From contig JBGAML010000007.1 of assembly GCA_044223005.1 (NCBI GenBank), forward strand, positions 32,001 to 96,000: a stretch of DNA of 64,000 nt, read 5' to 3'. Below, piece by piece: positions 18,677 through 28,478 of the stretch. Below the pieces are notes generated by a model. The model saw only the letters and a list, made by a program, of their open reading frames with translations. It was not told where the DNA came from and ran no database searches. The stretch is from Candidatus Eiseniibacteriota bacterium (GTDB lineage Bacteria; Eisenbacteria; RBG-16-71-46). How positions within the stretch are numbered: the stretch's first letter is position 1; each line of letters begins with the position of its first letter. The translations under genes and the position numbers were made by a program.

Positions 18677-20077
18677 ATGGCCACGAAGAACCTCCGGGCG
18701 CTGCCCGCCGTCGAGACGCTCCTGCAGCACGAATCGCTCGCCGCCGCCGGCAAGAAGGTGCCGCGGCCGCTGCTCGTCGCCGCCGTGCGGGACACGCTGG
18801 CCGAGGCGCGCGTGGCGCTCCGGCGGGCGCCGAAGGCCGGCGCCGTGCCCGAGGCCGACGCTCTCGCGCGCGCCGCCGCCGCCCGCGCCGAACGCGATGC
18901 GCGGCCGCAGCTGCGGCGCGTGCTCAACGCGACCGGCGTGGTCCTGCACACCAACTTCGGCCGCGCGCCGCTCGCCGAGGAGGCGCGCCGCGCCGTGGCC
19001 GAGGTGGCCGCGGGCTACAGCTCGCTCGAGTACGACCTCGACGCCGGCAGGCGCGGCGAGCGCGGCACGGGCATCGAGCGCTGGCTCGTGCGGCTGACGG
19101 GCGCCGAGGCCGCGCTCGCGGTCAACAACGGCGCGGGCGCGCTGCTGGTCGCGCTCTCGGCGCTCGCCGCGGGCGGCGCGGTGATCGTCTCGCGCGGCGA
19201 ACTGGTCGAGATCGGCGGTTCGTTCCGCGTGCCCGACATCATGGAGAAGAGCGGTGCGCGGCTCGTCGAGGTGGGCACCACCAACCGCACGCACCTGCGC
19301 GACTACGAACGGGCGCTCGCGAAGCACGACGACGTCGCCGCGATCCTGCGCGTGCACCGCAGCAACTTCCGGCTCGAGGGCTTCACCGCGCGCCCCGAGA
19401 TGCGCGAGCTGGCCGCGCTGGCGCGGAAGAAGAAGCTGCCGCTGATCGAGGACCTGGGCAGCGGCGCGCTCGTGGACCTCGCCGCGTTCGGCCTCGAACA
19501 CGAGCCGACGGTCGCCGAGGCGCTCGCCGCGGGCGCGGACGTGGTCACGTTCTCGGGTGACAAGCTGCTGGGCGGCGGGCAGGCGGGGCTCGTGCTCGGG
19601 CGCCGCAAGCTCGTCGAGCGGATCCGCAAGGACCCGTTCGCGCGCGCGCTGCGCATGGACAAGCTCGCGCTCGCCGCGCTGGAGGCCACGCTGCCGCTCT
19701 ACGCCGATCCCGAACGCGCCGCCGCGCGGATCCCCGCGCTCGCCGCGCTGCGCGTGAGCCCCGAGGCGCTGGGCGAGCGCGCCGAGCGGCTCGCGGCCGA
19801 GCTGACCGCGCGCATCCCGGGACTGGTCACGCGGATCATTTCGGGTCACGGTGAAGTGGGTGGCGGCGCGCTGCCGCTGCAGAAGCTCTCCGGCCCGGTC
19901 GTCGAGCTCGAGCACCCCGCGCACGCCGCAGCCGAGCTCGAGCGCCGCGCCCGCGCCGCCGAGCCGCCCGTGATCGGCACCGTGCGCGCGGGCCGTTTCC
20001 GGCTCGACCCGCGCACGCTCGCCGAGACCGAGATCGGCATGGTGGCGACGTCGCTCGCGAAGGCGTTCGCGTCGTGA
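18677..20077 (+). CDS. selA: L-seryl-tRNA(Sec) selenium transferase
   Basis: LRALPAVETLL, NATGVVLHTNFGRAPL, SRGELVEIGGSFR, EVGTTNRTH, DLGSG, FSGDKLLGG (PLP Lys). Confidence 0.93.
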   Translation: MATKNLRALPAVETLLQHESLAAAGKKVPRPLLVAAVRDTLAEARVALRRAPKAGAVPEADALARAAAARAERDARPQLRRVLNATGVVLHTNFGRAPLAEEARRAVAEVAAGYSSLEYDLDAGRRGERGTGIERWLVRLTGAEAALAVNNGAGALLVALSALAAGGAVIVSRGELVEIGGSFRVPDIMEKSGARLVEVGTTNRTHLRDYERALAKHDDVAAILRVHRSNFRLEGFTARPEMRELAALARKKKLPLIEDLGSGALVDLAAFGLEHEPTVAEALAAGADVVTFSGDKLLGGGQAGLVLGRRKLVERIRKDPFARALRMDKLALAALEATLPLYADPERAAARIPALAALRVSPEALGERAERLAAELTARIPGLVTRIISGHGEVGGGALPLQKLSGPVVELEHPAHAAAELERRARAAEPPVIGTVRAGRFRLDPRTLAETEIGMVATSLAKAFAS

Positions 20078-20814
20078 GCGCGGCGGCGCGCACGGTCACC
20101 ACCGCCGCAGGTCCGTTGCGCGTCGTACCCCTCTCGGAGGCGTCGCGCCGCGCGCTCGCGGAGTTCTTCCCGGAGCTGCGGCCGCTCGAGCACGAGGGCC
20201 GCGCGATGCTCGGGCTCGTCATGGCCGGCGCCGGGCACCGCATGCACGGACTGCGCACGGGCTACGGCTGGTACGAGGGCGAGCGGGCGATGGTGGCCCG
20301 CCGCGCGGCGCTCTTCGGGCGCATGCGGCTGCCGCGCGCGCTCAAGGCGTTCCGGGATTCGGGCTTCGACGGCGTGCTCCTGCCGGCCGCCTGCGTGCTG
20401 GACGGCGGTGCGGGCGCCGTGCAGGAAGGCGAGCTGCTCTTCGTGCACGCCCGCGCACCCATGACCGGCGAGTGGGCGAGCGACCCGGCCGAGTCGTGGG
20501 AGCGCACGATCGGGCGCCACTCGACGGGCGCGCTGCTCGCGTTCGTCGCGGCGGTCGCGACGGCCTGGAAGGAGGGCGGCGTCGCCCAGCGCACGCTCAC
20601 CGACCTCGAGCCCTGCGCCGCCGACTTCGCCCCGGTGCGCTGGCTCGCCGACGTCGCGCTGGTCGACGGCCGGCTCGTGCTCGTGCGCACCGTGCTCGAG
20701 GACGCCGACCCGCTGCTCGGGGCGCTCGTCGAGGCCGGCTTCGACCAAGTCGAGTGGGAGCCGTGCGGGTTCGTGCTGCCGGCGCCCCCGGAACCGGACG
20801 GCCCGCCGGCCTGA
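20074..20814 (+). CDS. Hypothetical protein translationally coupled to selA
   Basis: GTGA overlap with the selA stop; codon usage like neighbouring genes; no recognised motif. Confidence 0.65.
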   Translation: MSAAARTVTTAAGPLRVVPLSEASRRALAEFFPELRPLEHEGRAMLGLVMAGAGHRMHGLRTGYGWYEGERAMVARRAALFGRMRLPRALKAFRDSGFDGVLLPAACVLDGGAGAVQEGELLFVHARAPMTGEWASDPAESWERTIGRHSTGALLAFVAAVATAWKEGGVAQRTLTDLEPCAADFAPVRWLADVALVDGRLVLVRTVLEDADPLLGALVEAGFDQVEWEPCGFVLPAPPEPDGPPA

Positions 20815-20864
20815 GCCGGCCCCACGGCCGCGCGGGCGAGGGCGAAACCGCCTGCCGGAATGGA

Positions 20865-20893
20865 TTGACCGGCCCCCCGGCGGCCCGTAAAGT
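20865..20893 (+). promoter_or_regulatory. Putative sigma70 promoter upstream of smc
   Basis: TTGACC (20865-20870), 17 bp, TAAAGT (20888-20893). Confidence 0.65.
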
Positions 20894-21204
20894 GCGTCAC
20901 GGCAGGACGTCCCAGACGCTTCGACCCGATCGGCCGCCACACGCAGGGGATCCCCCGATCTCCGGCGGAAGATCGTGGTGCGTCACGCCTTCGGGCGTTC
21001 GCCAGAGACAGCGCACGCGCAACCTTTAGACCGACACCGAGGTCTCGAAACTCGGACACTTTTCGCGGGCCGACTCCCGCGGACGGTGATCGAGAGTGGT
21101 CCAGCGTACCGGAAGGACCCGTCCGGCCCGCGGCTCCGCCGCAGGTGCCGCCGGTCGCCCGTCGCTCCGCGGACCCCTCCCGCACACCAGTGGAGAGCGC
21201 AGGG

Positions 21205-24200
21205 ATGTTCCTCTACAAGCTCGATATCCAGGGATTCAAGTCGTTCTGCGACAAGACCGAGCTTCGGTTCGGCGAGGGCATCACCGGCGTCATCGGGCCC
21301 AACGGCTGCGGCAAGACGAATGTGTCCGATGCCATTCGCTGGGTGCTCGGCGAGCAGAGCGCGAAGCAGTTGCGCGGCGACTCGATGGAGGACGTGATCT
21401 TCAACGGCTGCCCGACCCGCAAGCCGCTCGGCATGGCCGAGGTCCACCTCACGTTCAAGAACGACCGCGGCATCCTGCCCACCGAGTTCAGCGAGGTCAC
21501 GGTCTCGCGGCGCGTCTTCCGCTCCGGCATGTCGGAGTACTTCCTCAACAAGACGCCCTGCCGCCTCAAGGACATCAAGGATCTCTTCTTCGACACCGGC
21601 ATGGGCAGCCACGCCTACTCGGTGATCGAGCGGACGATGGTCGACAACATCCTCTCGGACAACACGAACCATCGCCGGTTCCTGTTCGAGGAGGCGTCGG
21701 GCATCACCAAGTACAAGGCCCGCAAGAAGGAAGCGCTCAACAAGCTCGACGCGACCGAGGGCGACCTGACGCGCCTGAACGACATCGTGTTCGAGATCGA
21801 GCGCGAACTGCGCTCGCTCGCCCGCCAGGTCGGCAAGGCGCGCCGCTACCAGCGGCTGCGCGACGAGGTGCGCGACCTCGACCTGGCGCTGTCGGCGGCG
21901 ACGATCGAGGCGCTGCGCGCCCGCGAAGCGAAGGCGCACGAGGAGTGGCAGGAGGAGGCGGTCCGCCGCGAGGGCGTCACCACCGAGCTCGACACGATCG
22001 AGGCGCGACTCAACGACCAGAAGCTGGCGCTGCTCGAGCTCGAGCGCGAGCTGACCACCGCGCAGGGCGGCCTGAAGGACCGCGAGGAGGCCCGCGTCGC
22101 GGCCGAGCACCAGGTCGTGCTGCTCCGCGAGCGCGCGACCGGCCTGCTGCGCCGCGCCGAAGAGGCGGCCGACGAGGCCACGCGCATGCGCGAGCGCCTC
22201 GCCGAGACGCAGGCGCGCGAGCAGGAAGCGCAGGCGAAGCTGGCCGAGACGCGTGCCGCGCTCGAGACGAGCCAGGTCGAGGCCGAGACCAACGAAGCCG
22301 CGCTCAACGAAGTCGAGATGGCGCTGCGCGAGCGGCGCACGGTGGCCGCGACGCACAAGCAGCTGTCGCTCGACCTGTTTTCGACCGAGGCCGAGAAGAA
22401 GGGCGCGTGCGAGCGCATCCGCGAACGCCAGGCGTCGCTCACCGAGCGCCGAGCGGACGCGGAGACGCGCCGCGGTGACCTGCTCGAACGCGTCGCCGAT
22501 CTCGAGCGCGCGCTCGTGGACGGCGCCGAGCGGCGCGGCCAGCTCGAGGAGGCGGTCGAGGCCGCCCGCGGCGAACTGGTGGCGAGCGAGGACGCGATCC
22601 GCGTCGTGGACGGCAGCATCGTCGCGGCCGACGAGGCGCTCTCGCAGCTGCGGCAGCAGGCGGCCGCGGCGGATTCGCGACTGCGCACGCTCATGGAGCT
22701 CAAGCGCAACTTCGACGGCGTCTCGGAAGGCGTGAAGGCCCTGCTCGCGCACGAAGGCGAGCTGCCCGGCATGCTGGGCGTGGTCGCCAACGTGCTCGAA
22801 GTGCCGTCGCAGTACCTGGACGCGCTGGAGGCCTCGCTCGGCGAGGCGTCGGCGTTCGTGCTCGTCGAGGATCGCGGTGCGATCGACCCGGCGCTCGCGC
22901 GGCTGCGCGGGCTCGAGAGCGGGCGCGCGACGCTGGTGGACCTGTCGGCGCTGGGCGCCTCCGCGCCGCGGATCGACGGCCCGCAGCACGCGGGCGTGCT
23001 CGGGCGCGCGTCGGACCTGGTCAAGTGCGAGGAGCGCTTCCGCCCGCTCGTCGACCGCCTGCTCGGCACGGTGTTCGTGGTCGAGTCGCGCGAGGTCGCG
23101 GCGGAGCTGGCGCACGCCTCGATGGGCGGCATGCGGTTCGTGAGCCTGGACGGCGAGGTCTGGGAGCGCGGCCGCGTCCGCGCCGGGCAGACGTCCAGCA
23201 AGGGCGGCCTGCTGCACCGCGAGATGGAGATCCGCGAGCTCTCGGGCCGGCTGGCCGAGCTCTCGCTGGCGGTCGAGGGCGCGCAGAACGAGCGCACGGC
23301 GCTCGAGGCCGCGCGCACGAACGCGATCGAGCAGCGCGACCAGTCGCGATGGATGCTCGACGAGTCCAAGACCGCGCTCGAGTCGCAGGTGCGCGAGCTG
23401 TCGGGCGTCGAGCGCGAGAAGGGCTTCGCGGCCAAGGAGGCCGAGGAGCGCACGCGCGAGATGGAGAACCACGCGCTCGAGCTGGATTCGCTCGCGCGTT
23501 CGCTGGAGCAGGCCGAATCCGAGCTGGCCGAGTTCCAGGCCCAGCTGGACGCCGCCCGCGCGCAGCTGGTCGAGGCCGATCTCGAGGTGCGCGGCATGGA
23601 GATGCGCCGCGACGAGGTCGCCACGCGCGCGCAGGTGTCGCGCGAGACGCTGCTGCGGCTCTCGCGCGAGGCCGGCGAGTGGGAGGCGCAGTGGGCGCGC
23701 GCCGAGCAGACCGTGCGCGAGCTCGAGGCGGGCATCCGCGCCCGCGACGAGGAGGCCGGCCAGCACCGCGGCCGCATCGCCGAGATCGAGGCCGAGGTCG
23801 CGGGCCTGTCGGCGGGCCTCACCGGGCTCATGCAGTCCGAAGGCGAGCAGCGCGACCGCGTGGTCGAGCTGCAGAAGCGCTTCCTCGCGCTCAAGGAGGA
23901 GGTCGGCGCCGGCGAAGAGGCCGCGCGCGCCAAGCGCTTCGAGCAGACCGAGCTCGGCGAGCGGCTGCACATGCTCGAGCTGGATCGCGTGCAGGCGCGG
24001 GCCGACCTCGACCGCACGTTCGAGCGGCTGCGCACCGAGTACGAGATCGATCCGGCGAACTGGGAGCCGCACGCGCTGCCCGAGGGCGTCGACGCCGAGA
24101 CCGCGCCTGCCCGGCTCGAGGAGTCGCGCACGCGACTGCGCGGCCTGGGCCCGGTGAACCTGCTGGCGCTCGAGGAGTACTCGCGCAAGAAGGAGCGGTT

Positions 24201-24789
24201 CACGTTCCTCACCCAGCAGCGCGAGGACCTGCTCAAGGCCAAGGCGCAGCTGCTCGAGGCGATCGAGAAGATCAACATCACCGCGAGCCAGCTCTTCAGC
24301 GAGACGTTCGCCAAGGTGCAGCAGAACTTCAAGGACATCTTCAAGACGCTGTTCGAGGGTGGCGACTGCGAGCTGCGCATGGTGGGCGAGGATCCGATGG
24401 AGTGCGAGGTCGAGATCGTCGCCAAGCCGCGCGGCAAGCACCTGCAGTCGATCTCGCTCATGTCGAGCGGCGAGCGCGCGCTCACCGCGATCGCGCTGCT
24501 GTTCGCGATCTACCTCGTCAAGCCGTCGCCGTTCTGCCTCCTGGACGAGGTCGACGCGCCGCTCGACGACGCGAACGTGGATCGCTTCCTCAACATGCTC
24601 CGCCGCTTCGGCGACCGGACGCAGTTCGTCGTCATCACGCACAACAAGAAGACGATGGAAGCGGCCGGCTGCATCTACGGCGTCACCATGCAGGAGCTGG
24701 GCATCTCCAAGCTCGTGTCGGTGGCCCTCGACGGCGTCGACGTGAGTCACGAGTCGCGCCGCGAGGCCGTGGCGCCCTCGCTGAGCTGA
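21205..24789 (+). CDS. smc: Chromosome segregation protein SMC
   Basis: GFKSF, GPNGCGKTN, coiled coils, hinge, MSSGE signature, LLDEVDAPLD, ITHNK. Confidence 0.97.
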   Translation: MFLYKLDIQGFKSFCDKTELRFGEGITGVIGPNGCGKTNVSDAIRWVLGEQSAKQLRGDSMEDVIFNGCPTRKPLGMAEVHLTFKNDRGILPTEFSEVTVSRRVFRSGMSEYFLNKTPCRLKDIKDLFFDTGMGSHAYSVIERTMVDNILSDNTNHRRFLFEEASGITKYKARKKEALNKLDATEGDLTRLNDIVFEIERELRSLARQVGKARRYQRLRDEVRDLDLALSAATIEALRAREAKAHEEWQEEAVRREGVTTELDTIEARLNDQKLALLELERELTTAQGGLKDREEARVAAEHQVVLLRERATGLLRRAEEAADEATRMRERLAETQAREQEAQAKLAETRAALETSQVEAETNEAALNEVEMALRERRTVAATHKQLSLDLFSTEAEKKGACERIRERQASLTERRADAETRRGDLLERVADLERALVDGAERRGQLEEAVEAARGELVASEDAIRVVDGSIVAADEALSQLRQQAAAADSRLRTLMELKRNFDGVSEGVKALLAHEGELPGMLGVVANVLEVPSQYLDALEASLGEASAFVLVEDRGAIDPALARLRGLESGRATLVDLSALGASAPRIDGPQHAGVLGRASDLVKCEERFRPLVDRLLGTVFVVESREVAAELAHASMGGMRFVSLDGEVWERGRVRAGQTSSKGGLLHREMEIRELSGRLAELSLAVEGAQNERTALEAARTNAIEQRDQSRWMLDESKTALESQVRELSGVEREKGFAAKEAEERTREMENHALELDSLARSLEQAESELAEFQAQLDAARAQLVEADLEVRGMEMRRDEVATRAQVSRETLLRLSREAGEWEAQWARAEQTVRELEAGIRARDEEAGQHRGRIAEIEAEVAGLSAGLTGLMQSEGEQRDRVVELQKRFLALKEEVGAGEEAARAKRFEQTELGERLHMLELDRVQARADLDRTFERLRTEYEIDPANWEPHALPEGVDAETAPARLEESRTRLRGLGPVNLLALEEYSRKKERFTFLTQQREDLLKAKAQLLEAIEKINITASQLFSETFAKVQQNFKDIFKTLFEGGDCELRMVGEDPMECEVEIVAKPRGKHLQSISLMSSGERALTAIALLFAIYLVKPSPFCLLDEVDAPLDDANVDRFLNMLRRFGDRTQFVVITHNKKTMEAAGCIYGVTMQELGISKLVSVALDGVDVSHESRREAVAPSLS

Positions 24790-24853
24790 TTCCTCCTTCC
24801 CGGCCCGCGCCCGCGTTCCGCGGGGCGCGGGCCGAATGGTTTCCCGCGATCCC

Positions 24854-25765
24854 ATGAACCTCTGGAACAAGTTCCGCGCCGGGCTGCAGCGCACGCGTGA
24901 CGCGATCGTCGGCACGGTCGGCGCCGCGCTGGGCATCGCAGGCCCGATCGACGCCGCGACGCTCGAATCGCTGGAGGAGGCGCTGCTGGGCGCCGACGTG
25001 GGGCCGGACACCACCGACCGCCTGATCGCGCGCGCGAAGAAGCTCATGGGCTCCGAGCGCGAGCTGGACCTGCGCGGCGCCCTGGAGCGCGCGGCCGCCG
25101 AGATGCTGCGCGGCCGCGGCGAGCCGGCGCGCTTCGCGCCCGGCGAGGGGCAGCGGCCCTGGGTCGTGCTGATCGTGGGCGTGAACGGCGCCGGCAAGAC
25201 CACATTCGCAGGCAAGCTCGCCGCGCGCTTCACGCGCGACGGTCACCCCGCGCTGCTCGTCGCAGCGGACACGTTCCGCGCCGCGGCGTCGGACCAGCTC
25301 GTCGTGTGGGCCGAGCGCGCGGGGGTGGAGATCGTGCGCGCGCGCGACGGCGGCGATCCGGCCGCCGTGGTGCACGACGGGATCGAGGCGGCCAAGGCGC
25401 GCGGCGCGCACGTCGTGCTCGTCGACACCGCCGGCCGGCTGCACACCAAGCAGAACCTGATGGCGGAGCTCGAGAAGATCGGGCGCGTCTGCGCCCGGCT
25501 CGTGCCCGGCGCGCCGCACCACGTGCTGCTGGTGCTCGACGGCACGCAGGGCCTGAACGCGCTCGCGCAGGCGCGCGAGTTCGGCAAGGCGGTGCCGGTC
25601 ACGAGCCTCGCGGTGACCAAGCTCGACGGCACGTCCCGCGGCGGCGCCGTGCTCGCGATCGCCGACCAGCTCGAGGTCCCCGTGAGCCTCGTGGGGCTCG
25701 GCGAAGGCCTCGACGACTGGGAGCCGTTCGACCCCGAGAGCTACGCCCGGGGCCTGTTCGAGTAG
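24854..25765 (+). CDS. ftsY: Signal recognition particle receptor FtsY
   Basis: GVNGAGKTT, DTFRAAA, DTAGRLHTK, TKLDGTSRGG. Confidence 0.96.
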   Translation: MNLWNKFRAGLQRTRDAIVGTVGAALGIAGPIDAATLESLEEALLGADVGPDTTDRLIARAKKLMGSERELDLRGALERAAAEMLRGRGEPARFAPGEGQRPWVVLIVGVNGAGKTTFAGKLAARFTRDGHPALLVAADTFRAAASDQLVVWAERAGVEIVRARDGGDPAAVVHDGIEAAKARGAHVVLVDTAGRLHTKQNLMAELEKIGRVCARLVPGAPHHVLLVLDGTQGLNALAQAREFGKAVPVTSLAVTKLDGTSRGGAVLAIADQLEVPVSLVGLGEGLDDWEPFDPESYARGLFE

Positions 25766-25766
25766 C

Positions 25767-26687
25767 TCAGCGCTTCGGCGCCGTGCCCGTGGCCGGACGC
25801 CGCGTGGTGCCGGCGGCACGTTTCGGCGACGCTTCGGCCGCGAGCTGCTCGAACGACTTGCGCCGCTCCGCCGGCAGCAGCTTCGCCTGGAGCCCGTGCC
25901 CGTACTCGATCAGCCGCGCGCTCACCGTGCCGCCTTCGAGCGGCGTCGCCGGTGCGGCCTCGCGCGAGCGCCCGATCAGCCACGCCTTCATCGTCTGCAG
26001 CGCGTCCATCTGCTCCTTCGCGCAGTGCGTGATGGGCACCTGGTCGGTGAGCCAGCGCGTCCGGTCCTGGCGGATCTCCTTGTAGATCGTGCTGTCGCCC
26101 GAACCGCCCGTGTTGCCCCAGCCCTCGTGGATCACGAGCTTGCGCGTCGGCAGCACGCCCATCGAGGTGTGCACCGTGTCGGCGCCGAGCGTGTCGATCA
26201 CGCTGGTGTGCGGCTTCTGCAGCGACGTGCGGCTCGTGAGCGCCGTGGCCTTCGGGAGCACGAGCACTTCCTGGACGCCGCCGTCGGAGTTGATGCCGAG
26301 GATGGTCTTGCGCATGTAGAGGTCGCGGCGCTCGGCCCCGATGCTGTCCTCGAAGATCGAGTACGACATCAACGTGTTCGTCATGCCGCGCGGGCGCTTG
26401 GCGTCCTCGGTCCACGTCTCCACGTCGAAGCAGCGCTCGCCCCAGAAGATCTCCTGGCCGGCGATCAGCAGCGTGATCGTGTAGTGGTCGGTGGCGACGC
26501 CGTCGAGGTTCGTCATGATCACGTCGTACTTCACGTAGTCGCCGACCTTGAACTCGGGCTTGCGGGTGTAATCGATCAGGCCGACTCCGTTGATGCGGGT
26601 GACGGGGCCGGCGGCGCGGGCCGTCCGGACCGCGGAGAAAGTCAGCAGGGTGAGGAGCAGCACGAGAACGATCGGGGCACGACGCAT
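25767..26687 (-). CDS. Hypothetical secreted protein
   Basis: Signal peptide MRRAPIVLVLLLTLLTFSAVRTARA; biased codon usage. Confidence 0.7.
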   Translation of the reverse strand: MRRAPIVLVLLLTLLTFSAVRTARAAGPVTRINGVGLIDYTRKPEFKVGDYVKYDVIMTNLDGVATDHYTITLLIAGQEIFWGERCFDVETWTEDAKRPRGMTNTLMSYSIFEDSIGAERRDLYMRKTILGINSDGGVQEVLVLPKATALTSRTSLQKPHTSVIDTLGADTVHTSMGVLPTRKLVIHEGWGNTGGSGDSTIYKEIRQDRTRWLTDQVPITHCAKEQMDALQTMKAWLIGRSREAAPATPLEGGTVSARLIEYGHGLQAKLLPAERRKSFEQLAAEASPKRAAGTTRRPATGTAPKR

Positions 26688-26831
26688 GCATGGACCTCGG
26701 GACGGAGCCGGACCGGAACGGCCGCCGCGGACAGGTGGCCGGACGGAAAACGAGGCGAAGATTATGGCCGAGATCCGCTCCGCGCGAAAGGCCCCGAACG
26801 CACTCTCCACGCGCCCCCGCGAGCCGACGTC

Positions 26832-27569
26832 ATGACTCGTTCAAGCGATTCCGCCGGCGATCCCGAGGCCTTCCTGCCCGCCCGCGCCTCGCCCGAAGGC
26901 GACGACGCGCGTTCACCCGGCGCGCTCCGGGCGATGCGGCCGCGCGAGAAGCTGGCCCAGCGCGGCGCCGCCGCCCTCGCGGAGGCGGAGCTCTACGCGC
27001 TGCTGCTCGGCTCCGGCGTGGCGGGCCGCAGCGCGGTCCGGACCGGGCGCGCGCTCGCGCGGCACCGGGCCGCCGAGCTGGCCGAGTGGCCGCTCGCGCG
27101 CTGGCTGCGCGTGGCCGGGGTCGGGCCCGCGCGCGCGGCCGCGATGTGCGCCGCGTTCGAGCTCGGCCGCCGGGCGGCCGAGTGCCCCGCGGGCGGGCGG
27201 CCGATCCGCGGGCCGGACGACGTGCTGCCGCACGTGCGCGACCTGCTGCGGGCGCGGCGCGAGCACTTCCTCGTGCTGCTGCTCAACGCGCGTCACGAGA
27301 TGCAGCGGCGGGACGTGATCTCGATCGGCAGCCTCAACGCCAGCATCGTGCACCCGCGCGAGGTGTTCCTGCCCGCGATCCTGCACTCGGCCGCGAGCGT
27401 GGTGCTCGTGCACAACCACCCGAGCGGCGATCCCGAGCCGAGCGAGGAGGATCTCTCGATCACGCGGCGGCTCGTCGAAGTGGGCGACCTCGTGGGGATC
27501 GGGGTGCTGGACCACGTCATCGTGGGCACGCGCGGGCTCGTGAGTTTCCGTGCGCGCGGGCTGCTGTGA
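26832..27569 (+). CDS. radC: RadC family JAB-domain protein
   Basis: RPREKL...G, HhH GVGPARA, GSLNASIVHPREVF, HNHPSGDPEPS.ED, LDHVIVG. Confidence 0.93.
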   Translation: MTRSSDSAGDPEAFLPARASPEGDDARSPGALRAMRPREKLAQRGAAALAEAELYALLLGSGVAGRSAVRTGRALARHRAAELAEWPLARWLRVAGVGPARAAAMCAAFELGRRAAECPAGGRPIRGPDDVLPHVRDLLRARREHFLVLLLNARHEMQRRDVISIGSLNASIVHPREVFLPAILHSAASVVLVHNHPSGDPEPSEEDLSITRRLVEVGDLVGIGVLDHVIVGTRGLVSFRARGLL

Positions 27570-27598
27570 CGGCGCTTGCGGTGTGCGATGCTGCGCCC

Positions 27599-28018
27599 AT
27601 GCACGAGGGCTGGGAGACGTTCGACCACACCGCCGACCTGGGGCTCGAGGTGCGCGCCGCCACGCCCGAACGGCTCTACGCGCTCGCTGCCGAAGCGGTG
27701 CTCGCGCAGGTCGCCGAATGCCCCACCGTGGCGCCCACGCTCGGGGCCGCGGTCGAGGCCTCCGGCGCCGACGCCGCGGACCTGCTGGTCGAGTGGCTCA
27801 ACCGTGCGCTGCTCGCGGGCGAGCTCGCGAACGCGGTCTGGACACACGTCGAGGTGCAGGCCTGGTCGCCGACCCGGCTCGCGGCCGCGCTGCGCGGCGT
27901 GCCGCGCGAGCGGAGCGTGGTCACGTTCCTGCGCGAGGTGAAGGCCGTCTCGCACCACGGGCTCGAACTGGAGCTCGCCCCGGGGCACTGCCGCTGCCGC
28001 GTGGTGCTCGATCTCTGA
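27599..28018 (+). CDS. Archease
   Basis: FDHTADLGLEV, DLLVEWLN, EVKAVSHH, VLDL C-terminus. Confidence 0.88.
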   Translation: MHEGWETFDHTADLGLEVRAATPERLYALAAEAVLAQVAECPTVAPTLGAAVEASGADAADLLVEWLNRALLAGELANAVWTHVEVQAWSPTRLAAALRGVPRERSVVTFLREVKAVSHHGLELELAPGHCRCRVVLDL

Positions 28019-28044
28019 CGCGGGGCGGGAGCGGCCTCCGCCGG

Positions 28045-28080
28045 AAAACGACGAGGGCGGCGCGTGAGCGCCGCCCTTCG
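28045..28080 (-). terminator. Hairpin terminator between convergent archease and csp genes
   Basis: Stem GGGCGGCG/CGCCGCCC, followed on the minus strand by GTCGTTTT. Confidence 0.6.
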
Positions 28081-28104
28081 ACGTGAAGCGGTACTTCGGG
28101 CGAA

Positions 28105-28305
28105 TCAGGCCCGACGAACGTTCGAAGCCTGCAGGCCCTTCGGGCCGCGCACGACGTCGAACTCCACGGCCTCACCCTCGGCGAGCGTCTTGAAGCCTTC
28201 GCCCGTGATGGCCGAGTAGTGCACGAACACGTCCTCGCCACCCTGCTGGGAGATGAAGCCGAAACCCTTCGCCTCGTTGAACCACTTCACATTGCCAGTA
28301 GCCAC
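28105..28305 (-). CDS. Cold-shock protein (CspA family)
   Basis: [34 protein letters not shown] start after AGGAG. Confidence 0.95.
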   Translation of the reverse strand: MATGNVKWFNEAKGFGFISQQGGEDVFVHYSAITGEGFKTLAEGEAVEFDVVRGPKGLQASNVRRA

Positions 28306-28409
28306 TGAACCACTCCTGAAACTTGGGGTCGAAACCCCCGTGATGATCGTCGCTCCGGGGGGAGCGATGCCGGCCACTTTGGCCGACCCTTCGGGTCCGA
28401 GCGCGCATG

Positions 28410-28437
28410 AAAAAACCGCCGGATTGCTTTCCGGCGG
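28410..28437 (-). terminator. Intrinsic terminator within the csp upstream region
   Basis: Minus strand CCGCCGGA-AAGCAA-TCCGGCGG-TTTTTT. Confidence 0.75.
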
Positions 28438-28478
28438 CAAGAAACGCACATGCGCACTGCGACAACCGAAGCAAGAGA

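Noticed and set aside
20967..21010. GGAAGATCGT resembles my recollection of the 5' end of E. coli tRNA-Sec, and it lies near selA
   Set aside because: No UCA anticodon arm, no T-loop and no matching acceptor 3' strand
20983..25233. Very long antisense and alternative-frame ORFs (for example 1416 aa opposite smc, 2263-4728, 49824-53603, 31632-34856)
   Set aside because: Shadow ORFs expected at high GC; Arg/Ala/Pro-rich with no motifs, and they overlap well-supported genes
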